DNA from: the human T2T-CHM13v2.0 reference genome, Homo sapiens
NCBI RefSeq assembly: GCF_009914755.1
Contig: NC_060932.1
Length of the DNA stretch: 64,000 nt
Reading direction: 5' to 3' (one strand)
The number at the start of each line of letters is the position of its first letter. Position 1 is the first letter of the stretch. The position numbers and the translations under genes were made by a program. A model generated the notes under the pieces. That model saw nothing but the letters and a program-made list of their open reading frames with translations. It was not told the DNA's origin and ran no database searches. This document shows positions 14,171 through 27,145 of this stretch, piece by piece.

Positions 14171-16493
14171 ATTAGTCATTAGACAAATGCAAATTAGGAG
14201 TACAATAAGATCCCATGAAACAATGTAAGAATGGCTAAAAAATAAATAAATAATAAAACCTGACAAAATGAGGTTCTGGCAAGAATGTAAAACACTAAGA
14301 ACTCTCATTTATTGTTGGAAAAGCAAAATAGTACAGCCAAGTTGGAAAAGAGTTTGGTAGTTTCTTATAATTAAACATAAACTTATCATATAACCCTCCA
14401 ATCTCATTCCTTGGTATTTACCCAAGTGAGTTGAAAATTTATGTTCACATAAAAATTAATATGCAAAATTTATAGTAACTTTATTTGTAATCATCTCAAA
14501 TAGCAAATAACTACGATCTACTTCAACAGGTGAATGGAAAACTGAAACAATGCTCATCTAATGGAATGTTACTCAGAAAGATAAAAGAGCAAACTATTAA
14601 TTCACATAGCAATATGGATGAATCTCTAGTGCATTTTGCCATGTGGAAACAGTCACAAAAAAGGCAACATATTGTATGATTCAATTTATATAACATTTTA
14701 GAAAAGGCAAAATTATAAGAATGGGAAACAGTTCAGTGGTTGCTAGGAGTTGATGGAGGGAGCACAGACTAACTACAAAGGAGCTACCCAGAGACATTGG
14801 TAGGGTAACAGAACTGTGATGTATGGCAATATGTTGGTGGATACGTGATTTTATGCTGTTTTCAAAACCATTGGTTTGCCACAAAAAGTATGTAATTGTA
14901 TGCAAATTAAAAAAATCATGCAGGGTATAGGGGGATTCTCCAGGATAGAATGTAGACTATAAGAATTAAATGTAACTATTTCAATATATGATGTAACTTC
15001 ACAGAAGGGGTGAGGACAAAAGAGTTGGCCCAAGTGACTTTGAAAAATGTTTTGAATGCATACTGTAAAGCTGAAGATGAAAAGAACTGTAAAATAATAC
15101 TGTTTTCTAGTTGATAAATTTGTTTCTCACAGGGATACCTCTTAGAAAATCTGAAAATACTTTACATGCATCTGAGGTTAACAAATACATAAATTACATA
15201 TAATGTGAGCCATGTTTCTCACTCTCAGGAGGATGACACAAATAATCAGGGGGAAGGAGAGTGAAGGCTAGAATGAACCTAGTGACTTATATAGCTGTGT
15301 GTATTACACAGAATATATATGTATATAGATATAGAAATAAGTATGTGTAAACATACATGGGTTAACATACATATTATTTACTAGCTCTGTCTACTGAAAT
15401 GGCCTAGAAGCAGTGATACCTCAGTAGCAAAGAGCACACCTAGCACCTTGATTGTGGTTTTTAAATACCACTTTAGAATAAAAAGAAAAATGCCTGGTTC
15501 TAGGGTTGGGGAAGAGGAAATGCAAGATGAGCATGGAGAATCTACTAGTGCCAGAGAACACAAAATGCCCAAGAAAATAAGGATGGGGAGGGTCATATTG
15601 AAAGGGCACAGAGGCAATGGCCAAAGCTGAAACAATTTGAGCAACATAAATAGTGATATTATTGGAATGTAATCCAAAGAATAACATTAATATTCTTGAG
15701 CCCATAAACATATAAGTAAATGATTGACACAAATAGAAGAGAATGAAAGCATTTAAATGTAGGGGGCATGAGGGAAATAGAAAATCCCCATTAGAAATGC
15801 ACAATAACAGTTGCTGCAGGCAAGACTGATTGATGAATGCTAAAATTAGTGGAAGAATCTTTAAGGAGAAATGGTTTTTTTCAGAGCCTCTGAGAATCTC
15901 TTCCCTAAAGTGACTAAATCTGTGGTAGTTTTAATATATTACCACAAATTCCTTGATATTTTTCTCCAATATGAAGAGTTTAATTTTCCTTTCCTTGAAT
16001 GTGGGCTAGATCTAACGATCTAACAAATAATTCTAATGAATAGAGTATATGAAGGGAAAATAGTAACTTTACAGTGGAAAAACCTGGCAAAACCATTTTA
16101 ACCAAGTCAGCACGTTTAAATTAACATCAACAGTAATTAGTCATGCTGATATGATTGGCCCCCTATCGGATGCAATGAGAAGAGTTATGGATTTCACAAT
16201 ATTCCTTCCCAAACCCATAATCTCAGTCTATTCATGAGAAAATATCACAAAAACAAAACCTGAAGGATATTTTACAAAAGAGCTGACCACTTCTCTTCAA
16301 AAAGTGCCAAGCTGAAGAAAGACAACACAGACTGAAAAACTGTCACAGATCACAGGAGACTAAGAAGAGGTAATGACAAAATGCAACATGGGCTCTTCAT
16401 TTGGTCTTGAAACAGAGGACGAACACCACTGCAAACACTGGGAAAATCTCAGTAAAGTTGGCAGTTTAGTTAATAGTGTTAGACTAAGATTAA

Positions 16494-16794
<301 letters not shown>

Positions 16795-16948
16795 AATTTC
16801 TTACTTTTAATGAGTGAATAATGGTTATGAAAAATGATAATTTTAGAGGAAGCCAGGTGAAGGGTATACTAGAAAACTATTTACTATCTTTTCAGTGATT
16901 CTGTAAGTCCAAAATGAATTCAGAATTACATTTTTTAAAAAAAATAGA

Positions 16949-17248
16949 GGCCAGGCACGGTGGCTCACGCCTGTAATCCCAGCACTTTGGGAGGCCGAGG
17001 CAGGCAAATCATGAGGTCGGGAGATGGAGACCATCCTGGCCAACATGGTGAAACCCCGTCTCTACTAAAATACAAAAAATTAGCCGGGTGTGGTGGCACA
17101 TGCCTGTAGTCCCAGCTACTCAGGAGGCTGAGGCAGGGGAATCGTTTGAACCTGGCAGGCGGAGGTGGCAGTGAGCCAAGATCATGCCACTGCATTCACT
17201 CTAGCCTGGTGACAGAGCAAGACTCCATCTCAATTAAAAAAAAAAAAA
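16949..17248 (+). mobile_element. AluSc-like
   Basis: Full-length Alu with gagaccatcctggccaacatgg. Confidence 0.92.
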
Positions 17249-17707
17249 GGACTGGCATGATATTTTCAAATTTTATCTCCCTTGGAAGAGAAGTTCAAAG
17301 TAAACAGAACCCAAAGGAGCAGCCAGGGAGACCAATCAAATAAGCATTTGAATAATTTAGCCTTGATGACATGAACTTTCAAACTTTTCTTAAACTTTGC
17401 AGAGTTGTGTAGGCCATTTCATTTTCTAGAAAGAACTTTGAGGGAATAACTGGAGCTGCTGAAGGGAAAATGAAGCCTATTAGTTAACTCTTGGCCACTT
17501 TTGTCATGTCCAGTATTGCAACATTGGGAGGCCTGTTACCCAGGTTAGAGCCTCTTCACTTTCACTTTCACTTTTAATTTTTCCAGGTTTATGAGTCTGT
17601 GTGATATTTACCTAGATGTACTCTTCTATCAAGGTGGCCATAACTCATCTAATTTCACAAATCTGCTTTCACAGGGATGGTCTATGTCAACTCTAAATTC
17701 TAAGTCA

Positions 17708-18070
<363 letters not shown>

Positions 18071-18784
18071 CTAGGAAGGGATAGGAATTAGTTACTGGGC
18101 CCCATTCACAATGATATCATCTTCCTGGGAAGTACAACTATTAAACAAGGACAGACCCTCAATGGCCATGTCTTTACATGAATCTCAACCTAAGATCATT
18201 AGAGTCTCCTTCCTGGGAATTTGGGATTTGGAACTAAAAGATACAAAGATGTTTGACTAGGAGGAAGAGTTGGACCTTCTGCCCCAAAGGACCCAGAGTT
18301 CTAGAGAGGCCTGTTTTAGCACTTACTCGTCTCCATCCTCCGGTGCCAGCCTCCTTGCCATCATTGCCTCATTGAGGTGTAGCTAGGTTTTTCTTACAAC
18401 AGAAGACAGTCTCTCCCCTCTTACCTCAACTTCCTATTCTGGGGATAGGGGGAACCGGTGATATTGAAGATGATTAGTTGCTATGTTATGGGTTTGAACT
18501 GCATTTGGCTATAAAACAATCTTGTTTAGAAAAGTATATGGGGGAGAGGACCTCTTCCCATGCACTCCTTGAGACAGATCCCAAATGGTCTGTGATCTTG
18601 TTTGCAAGAGATTCTATTGGTCAAATGCTTAAAGATAAAGGTGGGATGGCCTTCAGATTGTATCAGCTTAGCTAGTATTGCTAAGCAACTGTTGCAAGCT
18701 CTGAAAATAAAAAAATTTTGAGCCACCACTCCCCGCCCCCCTCCCAAAAATAATTGATTCTGCTCTTTTTAAAGCTTGGATGCC

Positions 18785-19630
18785 ATCTTTGTTAGTGTCC
18801 TGTGGCTGCTGCAGCAAATTACCACAGACTGCACGGTTTCAAACAATAGAAAGTTATTCTCTGACAGTTCTGGTGGCCAGAATTCCAAAATCCAGATGTC
18901 AGCAGAGCCCCACTCCCTACAGAGGCTCCAGCAGAGTGGGGGCAGCCCATTACTGGCTGCTCTTAGCTTCCTTGACTTAACAGCTATATGACTTCCACCT
19001 CCGCCTCTGTCTTCACATCATCTTCTCTCCTGTTTGTTTACTCTGTGTGTCTCATAGACACTTGTCATTGGATTTATGGCCCACCTGAATAACCTAAAAT
19101 GCTTTCTTCATCTAAAGATCCTCAACTTAATTACAATGATACTTTTTCCTTTTTTATAAAGTTAAGGTTTTTATTATTAATTCAGCTTTAGATGTAGTTA
19201 AAAATGAGTACAAGTGTATGTCACCCTTCAGATAAATTTATGCCAAAGAATTGAGCAGCCTGAAATGGAGAGCTATTTATTTTTTATAGCTATATCCTAC
19301 TTTATATTTAATTTATGCAATTCCCCAAAACCAGTTTCTTCTTCTTCTTCTTCTTTTTTAAATTTAAGTTCTGGGATACATGTGCAGAATGGGCAGGTTT
19401 GTTACATAGGTATACACGTGCCATGGTGGTTTGCTGCACCCATCAACCCCTCATCTACATTAGGTATTTCTCCTAATGCTATCCCTCCACTAGCACCCCC
19501 AGCCCCTAACAGGCCCCAGTGAGCAATGTTTCCCTCCCTGTGTACAATGACACTTTTTCTACATAAGGAAATGTTCACAGCTTCTGTGAATTATGAAAAT
19601 ATCTTTTGGGCGACCACCATTCAACTCAAT
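18785..19630 (-). mobile_element. MLT1B/C-like LTR interrupted by an L1PA insertion
   Basis: caaattaccaca...ttctctgacagttctgg...ggccagaa motif; LTR sequence resumes after 19560. Confidence 0.7.
19335..19542 (-). mobile_element. L1PA (about PA7/8) 3' end with (GAA)n tail
   Basis: aagttctgggatacatgtgcagaa...ctcctaatgctatccctcc is the reverse L1PA 3'UTR. Confidence 0.9.
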
Positions 19631-20008
19631 CAATACACTACTCTTCCAATTATTATTTTTCTTAAACTTAATAGTGCCAGTTTCTCTTATTTGCTACCAA
19701 AATAGCTTACGTAGCTTGGTGTCTCAGGGTTAGTGGCAGCAGTTATAAGTGGCTTGCACTATCTGTAATCTAAGGCTGACTTCAGAAGTTCTCCAGTCTT
19801 AGTGTAATACGAATTACTTTGGAACTTGTTAAAAATGCAAGTTTCTGCTCTCATTGGCAGAGTTTTTCAACAAATTGGTGCAGGAATCTGCATTTTTAGC
19901 ATTTCCCAGATGTCCTGGTGATAACAGGGAAATTATGAAAGCTCAGACCCTTTAATGTCCCATTCAAATAAAAGCAACAGAAAAAGCAATAAAAAATAAT
20001 TTGAAAAC

Positions 20009-20014
20009 TTTAAT
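20009..20014 (-). terminator. Distal poly(A) signal ATTAAA
   Basis: tttaat on plus; U-rich downstream element from plus aaaagcaacagaaaaagcaataaaaaa. Confidence 0.75.
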
Positions 20015-20628
20015 AATGTCATTTATATAGTTATAAAACCATAAAATCTTTTAAATAAGGTACATTCAATTTCTCAGAGCATCTAATATTCAGATAATTT
20101 ATATTTCATATGTTTTCCAACATTAAACAATTGACTAAATAATGCATTTTCTATAAAATGATATTACAGCTTATACAGATAAAATTATAAAAATACTCCA
20201 CACAGAAAAATATGGCAGTACCTATTAGAAAAATGCTACAAACTTTCCATTAAAAATATATATTTTCTCTTTCATTTGTCATAATAAACAGAATATAATT
20301 TTCTTTCTAAAATTAAGTCATACCGTTTCTTTATAGGATGATAATATGTACAAATCTTATATCTGAATGAATATAAATAGCAATACTGTAATAGTGTTAC
20401 AGATATATTAGTAACTTTTACAGAAAAAAATATGGCTTTCTAATAAAAGCCTCTAGCATAGCTGAAATCTCAAAGCTATTTAAGTTAGACATTCCCATAT
20501 TTAGTAAGGCACAATGGAGTCTAGTTTTTTTTTTTTAATTTCCAGTTGAATTACTGCAAGCAGTAATAAGGGAAAATATAGTCAGTAGATAACGATCCAG
20601 ATCTGACAGTTGGATTAACCATTTGGGG

Positions 20629-20634
20629 TTTATT
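20629..20634 (-). terminator. Proximal poly(A) signal AATAAA (candidate)
   Basis: tttatt on plus, ~170 nt after the stop codon. Confidence 0.45.
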
Positions 20635-20806
20635 GGAGGAGATGTTAGTCCTTTCTCCACATCATAGTTTCTTTTAGTACCCTGTGGCAAAATTAGTCAC
20701 TGGTAATGAGAAAGATATCACTGAAAGCCTCAAGTGCCTGAGAAACAGTTTACTCATCCATGGGATCTCGCCAATTGTGAGGAAACAGCTCAATGGCCAT
20801 TTCCAG

Positions 20807-21195
20807 TTATAAGCAGCTTATTTTTACTGATTGGACCTGGTTACCTATCATTTCTAAAAATAACTTCTGATACAATTTGTACATTGTGAAGCTGTGAAGG
20901 AACCTGATGGTCTTCTTTAGACTCTGAGTGACAGTTTTGGGAAAGTGGTACGTCTTTGAGTGCTTTAGTGCGTGCATTAGGCCCTTCAAGGTGTCTTGGT
21001 CGCCATTTTTTATTCGCCACAAACTGAGCAGCTTCAGGATCTGGTCACTGGGTTTGCATGCCTTTATTGTTTTTTCAATGTCTTCTGCTCCCACTTTCTT
21101 TCCCGGTAAGCTTTCCATCAAGCTACGAAGCTGCTCGAAGGTGAGGTTAGCATGTCCAATGTGCCGCTGCACGCTGTTTTCACAGAGGTCAATAT
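20807..21195 (-). CDS. TNFRSF11B: Osteoprotegerin coding exon 5 (death-domain-homologous region 2, basic heparin-binding tail, dimerising Cys400)
   Basis: Acceptor tgcag|ATATT; DIDLCENSVQRH...SVKISCL then TAA at 20809-20807; 389 nt; spliced total 1206 nt. Confidence 0.98.
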
Positions 21196-22926
21196 CTGCA
21201 TAAAGCAAAAGCCCAGATAAGTGTTCACATCATTTATATTCATCCAATGCCATCATAAAACAAGCGTGAGGCAAAAGGTTCTTGCAGAATTTCATAATTA
21301 TATTTCAATGATAACCTTTTCTTTTGAGAGGGAGTTAAGTGACACCATTTATTTCTAAGAACTGAGATAAATATTTTTTGTTATAATAAGATAATATGCT
21401 ATATATTTTTGGCATCCAACAAAACTTTGGAAGAAGCTCCTAATTTTGAAAATTAACAGTAGAAAATAAGACACATCACTCTCAGTTTTCTAAGAAAAAG
21501 TTTGAGAAATTAAAACCATAACATTTCAGAAAAAAAGGAAAGTATTCAAGTTAGCTACTTTGTAATACAAAGTTTCATTAGTAGGCGCTAGTTGATAAGT
21601 TAATTGCCGTAACTAGCCTTTAAAGAATACACATAGCACCAGAGGACTACCTCCATGAGGAGGATATCTGAAAACTCAAAGACATGAGGTCGAGGAACTA
21701 AAGGAGACACACAGCCTAGAGAATATTTCAGTAATAAGCTAGGGTACAAACCTAAGAGGGAGGAACTAACATTTCTATTAATGACATGAGTCACTTAGTA
21801 TCTGTGAGCCCTAAGGCAAATCGGTTCATCTTTCTGGGTTAAAATGTCCTCATTTATAAAATAGGGAATTTGGTTGCTTCCAATTCTAACGGTCTCTGAT
21901 TTTCTCTTTTCTTTCGGCTTCAGGGCTAATTATACGTTCAAAGAATACTTTTGGTTTGCTCAAAACATAAAAGTTTACTCTTTGCATAAGCAAAAGCAAT
22001 CAGCTCTCAAAGACGTTGGTCTCCTAAAATCTGTTGCCCCGGTTTCAGATACTTGAAGTTTTTTAGGGTAGTGCAAGACTATACAGTCATTTAACTACTG
22101 GTGAGGACCTGAATGAATTTCTCACTGACCCTGTCTGCATTATGGAAACTCTTCTTCCTTTTTCTTCTAGCATGTCCTCCCAATGCTTACTGAAGTCAGA
22201 ACTCTTTCCATCATGTGTCGTAAAGCTTACAGTCCACACTGGATGAAACTCCTTTTCTTCAGATTCTTTCACACTTCTCTCCCTATCTCTCTCTGTTTCT
22301 CTCTCACACCATTTCTAAAGGAGAATCTTTATATAAACTTATAAGATGTGAGAACATTTTGCTGTAACTAGCTTTTTCCTACAAGAGGCTCAAACACTTT
22401 TCAGATTTTATCTCATTAATTCTCATAACATATGCCATTAAAATAATTTTAATGCAGGCCATATCATGAGGATTAATAAGAACATATTTGTAAGCTACGA
22501 AAAGCCTACCTGGAGAGAATTACCAAGTAAATACAACAGAGCTTCTTGGTAGAGGTGCAATGTAAGATACAAAGTGGTTATAGAGCTTCTCCTTGGTGGT
22601 CTAGAGGGGCTGCTTACAGAAGCGTTAAGGGATCTGGAAGCGACTCCCTGAGATACAGCCCTGCCTTCAAATGCATTTCTCTTCTCTTAGAGTGTTCAAC
22701 ATACTTTACAAGGAAACTGGGGAGCAGGGGTGAGAACAAAACCTTGTATAACTGTTTTTGGAATCACATCTACATTATCAGTTGGTGGAAACTTTTTCAG
22801 TCCAACAATGATTCCAACAGGGAAACAAGATCCACACAACTAAACATACATGCAGTCTTGTTCCTGGTTTATGATAAATAGGTGTCTTTGATTTCTGATT
22901 GATCTTTTTATTTTAGATTATCATAC

Positions 22927-23151
22927 CTTGGATGATCTTCTTGACTATATCTTGGTCTTTGTTTTGATGTTTCCATAACTTCAGCAGCTGGAAAGTCTGT
23001 TCTTGTGAGCTGTGTTGCCGTTTTATCCTCTCTACACTCTCTGCGTTTACTTTGGTGCCAGGCAAATTGTCTACCAAGACACTAAGCCAGTTAGGCGTAA
23101 ACTTTGTAGGAACAGCAAACCTGAAGAATGCCTCCTCACACAGGGTAACAT
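22927..23151 (-). CDS. TNFRSF11B: Osteoprotegerin coding exon 4 (death-domain-homologous region 1)
   Basis: Acceptor tctttag|ATGTT; DVTLCEEAFFRFAVP...KKIIQ; donor G|gtatga; 225 nt. Confidence 0.98.
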
Positions 23152-24445
23152 CTAAAGAAAGGTTAGAAAACCCAGAAGATTTACTCAACAATTGGATTTC
23201 TGAGAGTCTATTCAATACAAACAAAAACAAAAAACCAACACAATTGAATTTTCCAAGATAAAATATGCTAAAATGCAAAGTTTGAATAAAATCAAGCTTC
23301 TGTTGGCTGGTCTTAGTGGCAGAGACCAACTGAGCTTACGTGTCTTCTAATGTTCTTTTTTGGGCATTGTTTTCAAGAGAAAGTTTAGTAAATGTCTAAT
23401 TAGAGTGAAATATTGTTGTAAATAAGTAACAGCCAAAAATTCTTATAATGAATACAAACATTAACATTCTATTAAAGGTTTACCTAGTACCCACAGGGAA
23501 CTTCATGATTAATGTCAAAACAAATAATTATCACTGACTTAAAGGAATTTGAACAGTAATTTGGAATAGTGTGTTATTTTTTGCCCACATTTAGACACAT
23601 AGTTTACCTTTGGAAACAAAGCAAGAGATAGATACAGATATATAAGTAGACATTACATAGGAAAATAACCAAACATAAAACTATGTTATTTACATAGGCA
23701 TTACAAAGCCCAGAGCATCTGGGTAGAGTAAGTATGTCCCAGAAAATGGGAGTAATGGGTGTTTGTTTTTGGATTCATCAGACCTGGCTTTGAATACTAG
23801 TTCTGCCGTTCTACTACCTATATTCATCTGAAGCAACTTTCACAGTGTTTTTATAAATGTTAAAGCCTCTATAGCACAGTACCACATAGTAAGTGCACAA
23901 TAAATGAAAAAAAGTAAAATTAAAAATGAATTAATTAAAGAGAATGTTAAAATTTGATCACTCCTTTTAATACCCCTTCCTTCATTTTTTTTTTTTTTTT
24001 TTTAGATAAGAAAGCAAAGGCTAAAATGGCTTGTCTATGATTTCAATTACACAATGAAACAATGCTGGAACTGGGTTAGAATCTCATATATATATCAATT
24101 CACATTTCTCTGCTTCATAAACTTCTTTGTAGTACGAAAAACTGTTTGGGGAGAGTCAAGCTGGTTTATACCATTGCTTGATTAAACACAAAAAAGCAAA
24201 TCATCTTTAGTGTAATGTGTCTTTGAGTGAAGGTCTGAGATTAGTCTAGTGGTGGGAGTGACAAGGTGAACACACACACTAGCCTGATGAATTGTCATCA
24301 CTACCGTGGAATGCATTCGAATAACCTGAACTTAATACTAGTGACCTGTACCCAATGAAGAGCTTAACACAACCAGAGTAGCTTGGAAGTTCCATGCAAT
24401 AGATGCACTAATACCATAGGTAACAAAGCCAAGTACACATTTCTA

Positions 24446-24755
<310 letters not shown>

Positions 24756-25171
24756 TAATTTGTCATCATGTTTATATCACTTTGCTTCTTAGTTGCCAAT
24801 TTATACTTTAGTTAATAATACAGACATTCTTGAAAGTAATAACACACAACTTGAATTCTACAGTTTGGACTCTCCTAATTTCATCTCAGTGGCAAACTTG
24901 ACACTGCCCTTTGCCTATGGGCAAGATTTGATTTCAGTGTGAAAGGAGAGAAAATCAAGCTTTGAGGTGTTATCTGTGAGAAGATGAGTTTTTGAGAGAT
25001 TCTGAGTGGTAGCTTTAGCAGTAATGCATCGAGAGTAGCCTTAGCTGGTTAAGATTCAAGAAAGGGAAAATGTAAGTTTGACCAAGAATGTGGCTGGAGG
25101 CCTTGTGTTCAACTCAGAGAGAGAGATGATACTACAAAATCGTACAAAGACGTATTTTGGAATGTAATTAC

Positions 25172-25363
25172 CTATTCCACATTTTTGAGTTGATTCACTG
25201 TTTCCGGAACATATGTTGTCGTGTGTTGCATTTCCTTTCTGAGTTAGCAGGAGACCAAAGACACTGCAATTTGTGTGTTTTCTACAGGGTGCTTTAGATG
25301 ACGTCTCATTTGAGAAGAACCCATCTGGACATCTTTTGCAAACTGTATTTCGCTCTGGGGTTC
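25172..25363 (-). CDS. TNFRSF11B: Osteoprotegerin coding exon 3 (rest of CRD3 and CRD4)
   Basis: Acceptor tccgtag|GAACC; GTPERNTVCKRCPDGFFS...QKCGI; donor G|gtaatt; 192 nt, phase 1-1. Confidence 0.98.
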
Positions 25364-26834
25364 CTACGGAAAATACCAAGCAATTTAGTACCTTCTCCTC
25401 AAATCGTTTCCCAGCAGATGCCCTCTTAACACAGTTTTGGAAAGACTTTTCACTTGGTTTTTACTGCTACTGTTATGTTGCACAAAACTCTAGCATTTTC
25501 ATTTTTCACTTCATTAGACAGAACAAAACTTCCACCATCATCCCCTTTGGCAGTTTCTCCTCCTTGTAATGCAAATGCAAGTCAATTTTCTCGTTACCTA
25601 CAAAACGCTCATGAAATGTGAGAGGAAAGGAAAGAAGGGTAGGGTGTTCATTAGTCCAGCCTCCGCTGAGTGGCAGTAAGGCCGTGTTGTCAGCCATATT
25701 CTTCATACAATTATTCCTAGAAAATCAAGATAACTGCTGTGTGTCTGCTGTAATATCATTCTTTGAAATTAGTACCCATTGAATGCTGCATCATTAAATT
25801 CCAATCAGTTCCTACTGAAGTTCTTTCTTTCCTGAATCCTAATTGTGAAGCAACTCCTAAGTATGCTAACCTTGAGAAGTAAAAATTTACAACATTATAA
25901 TAAACTTTTGAAGGTGGCAATAAAGTTGGCCGCTGACTCAAAAGCGTAAGCCTGCAGTTAAGCTACATAGTAAACGGAAGATGATATACCATTTGCTTAA
26001 ACTGTTTAAAACAGCAGAGTCGTTAAAACTTCAGGAAGGGTGACTGCAAGGGCATTTTACTTCATGATGGAAAAATATTTGATAAATTTGAAGAAATCAT
26101 TGGCAGAAAAACTTGAACCAGTCCACAACTAAAGACGCTATTAAAAATAAATACCTTCAAACACTTGACTATATTACGCATGGCTAGATCATACATTCCA
26201 GTGTATCTGAATATGAAAATATCTCCATCTAGTGTAAGCTAGTTGAACAGATTTAGACTTCAATATCCAAATGTAGATTTTACAGGCCAATTCTGGCTTA
26301 TGCAAGATAACAAATATGAAAGAGAAAAATCAAAGCTACAGAAACTTATTAAACTTCATTTATAAATCTCAACCTCCTACCTCATTGTATCTTTTACCAA
26401 AACCAGAAAATAAAAAAAGGGGCAAAATGGACTGGTTCTAGTTTCATCTCCTGTCTCTTTCTACATGATTCATTGACCTGCAAAAATGACAAAGGGCTGG
26501 CAGAAAAAAAGAACAGGAGGGGAAAACACAGCCTAAAACCTTCACATATTAAATATTATTTCCAGCATTGCACTGACATTATCTTAGGAACCACCTTACA
26601 AAGCAAAGAGGGTTTTCTGTTTGTGTGTTTGTTTTTAGTACTTTCCTACTACATCCTACTCCTTAAATGGGATACAACTCTATATCAAATTCTACAATAT
26701 CATAAGCAGAGGTATTTGGGCAGGGATTCCATGGCATTCTTTCATTGCTAATTTACTCGAAATAAGTGACTTGGACACCTGGACCCAGGTCTCCCTTTGT
26801 TGACTGCCGTATGTTCTGCATGAAGAAGAATCTT

Positions 26835-27145
26835 TTTGGGGGGGAAGGCGGGGGCGGCGGCAGGGACGGAGTCTCATCTCTGTCACCCAGGCTGGAGTGC
26901 AGTAGAGGGATCTCAGCTCACCACAACCTCCGCCTCCAGGGTTCAAGAGATTCTCCTGTCTCAGCCTCCTGAGTAGCTAGGGTTGCAGGCATGCACCACC
27001 ATGCCCTGCTAATTTTTGTATTTTTAGTAGAGGCAGGGTTTCATCATGTTGGCCAGGCTGGTCTTGAACTCCTGACCTCAGGTGATCTGCCCGCCTTGAC
27101 CTCTCAAACTCTTGAGATTACAGATGTGAGCCACCGTGCCGGGCC
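26835..27145 (-). mobile_element. AluS in intron 2 with atypical GC-rich tail
   Basis: Reverse Alu; TSD aagaatctt at 26826-26834 and 27147-27155. Confidence 0.92.

Larger units (their letters stand above)
19990..20806 (-). other. TNFRSF11B: TNFRSF11B 3'UTR (AU-rich); end approximate
   Basis: Follows the stop codon; ends ~20 nt past ATTAAA (20014-20009), which is followed on the minus strand by a U/GU-rich tract. Confidence 0.8.

Noticed and set aside
12958-15804. ORFs resembling reverse transcriptase C-terminal peptides
   Set aside because: Fragmented, frameshifted ancient L1M; not an active element
25056-25171. Intron 3 read-through giving a CRD-only OPG
   Set aside because: Frame is open for ~38 codons but I found no nearby canonical poly(A) signal
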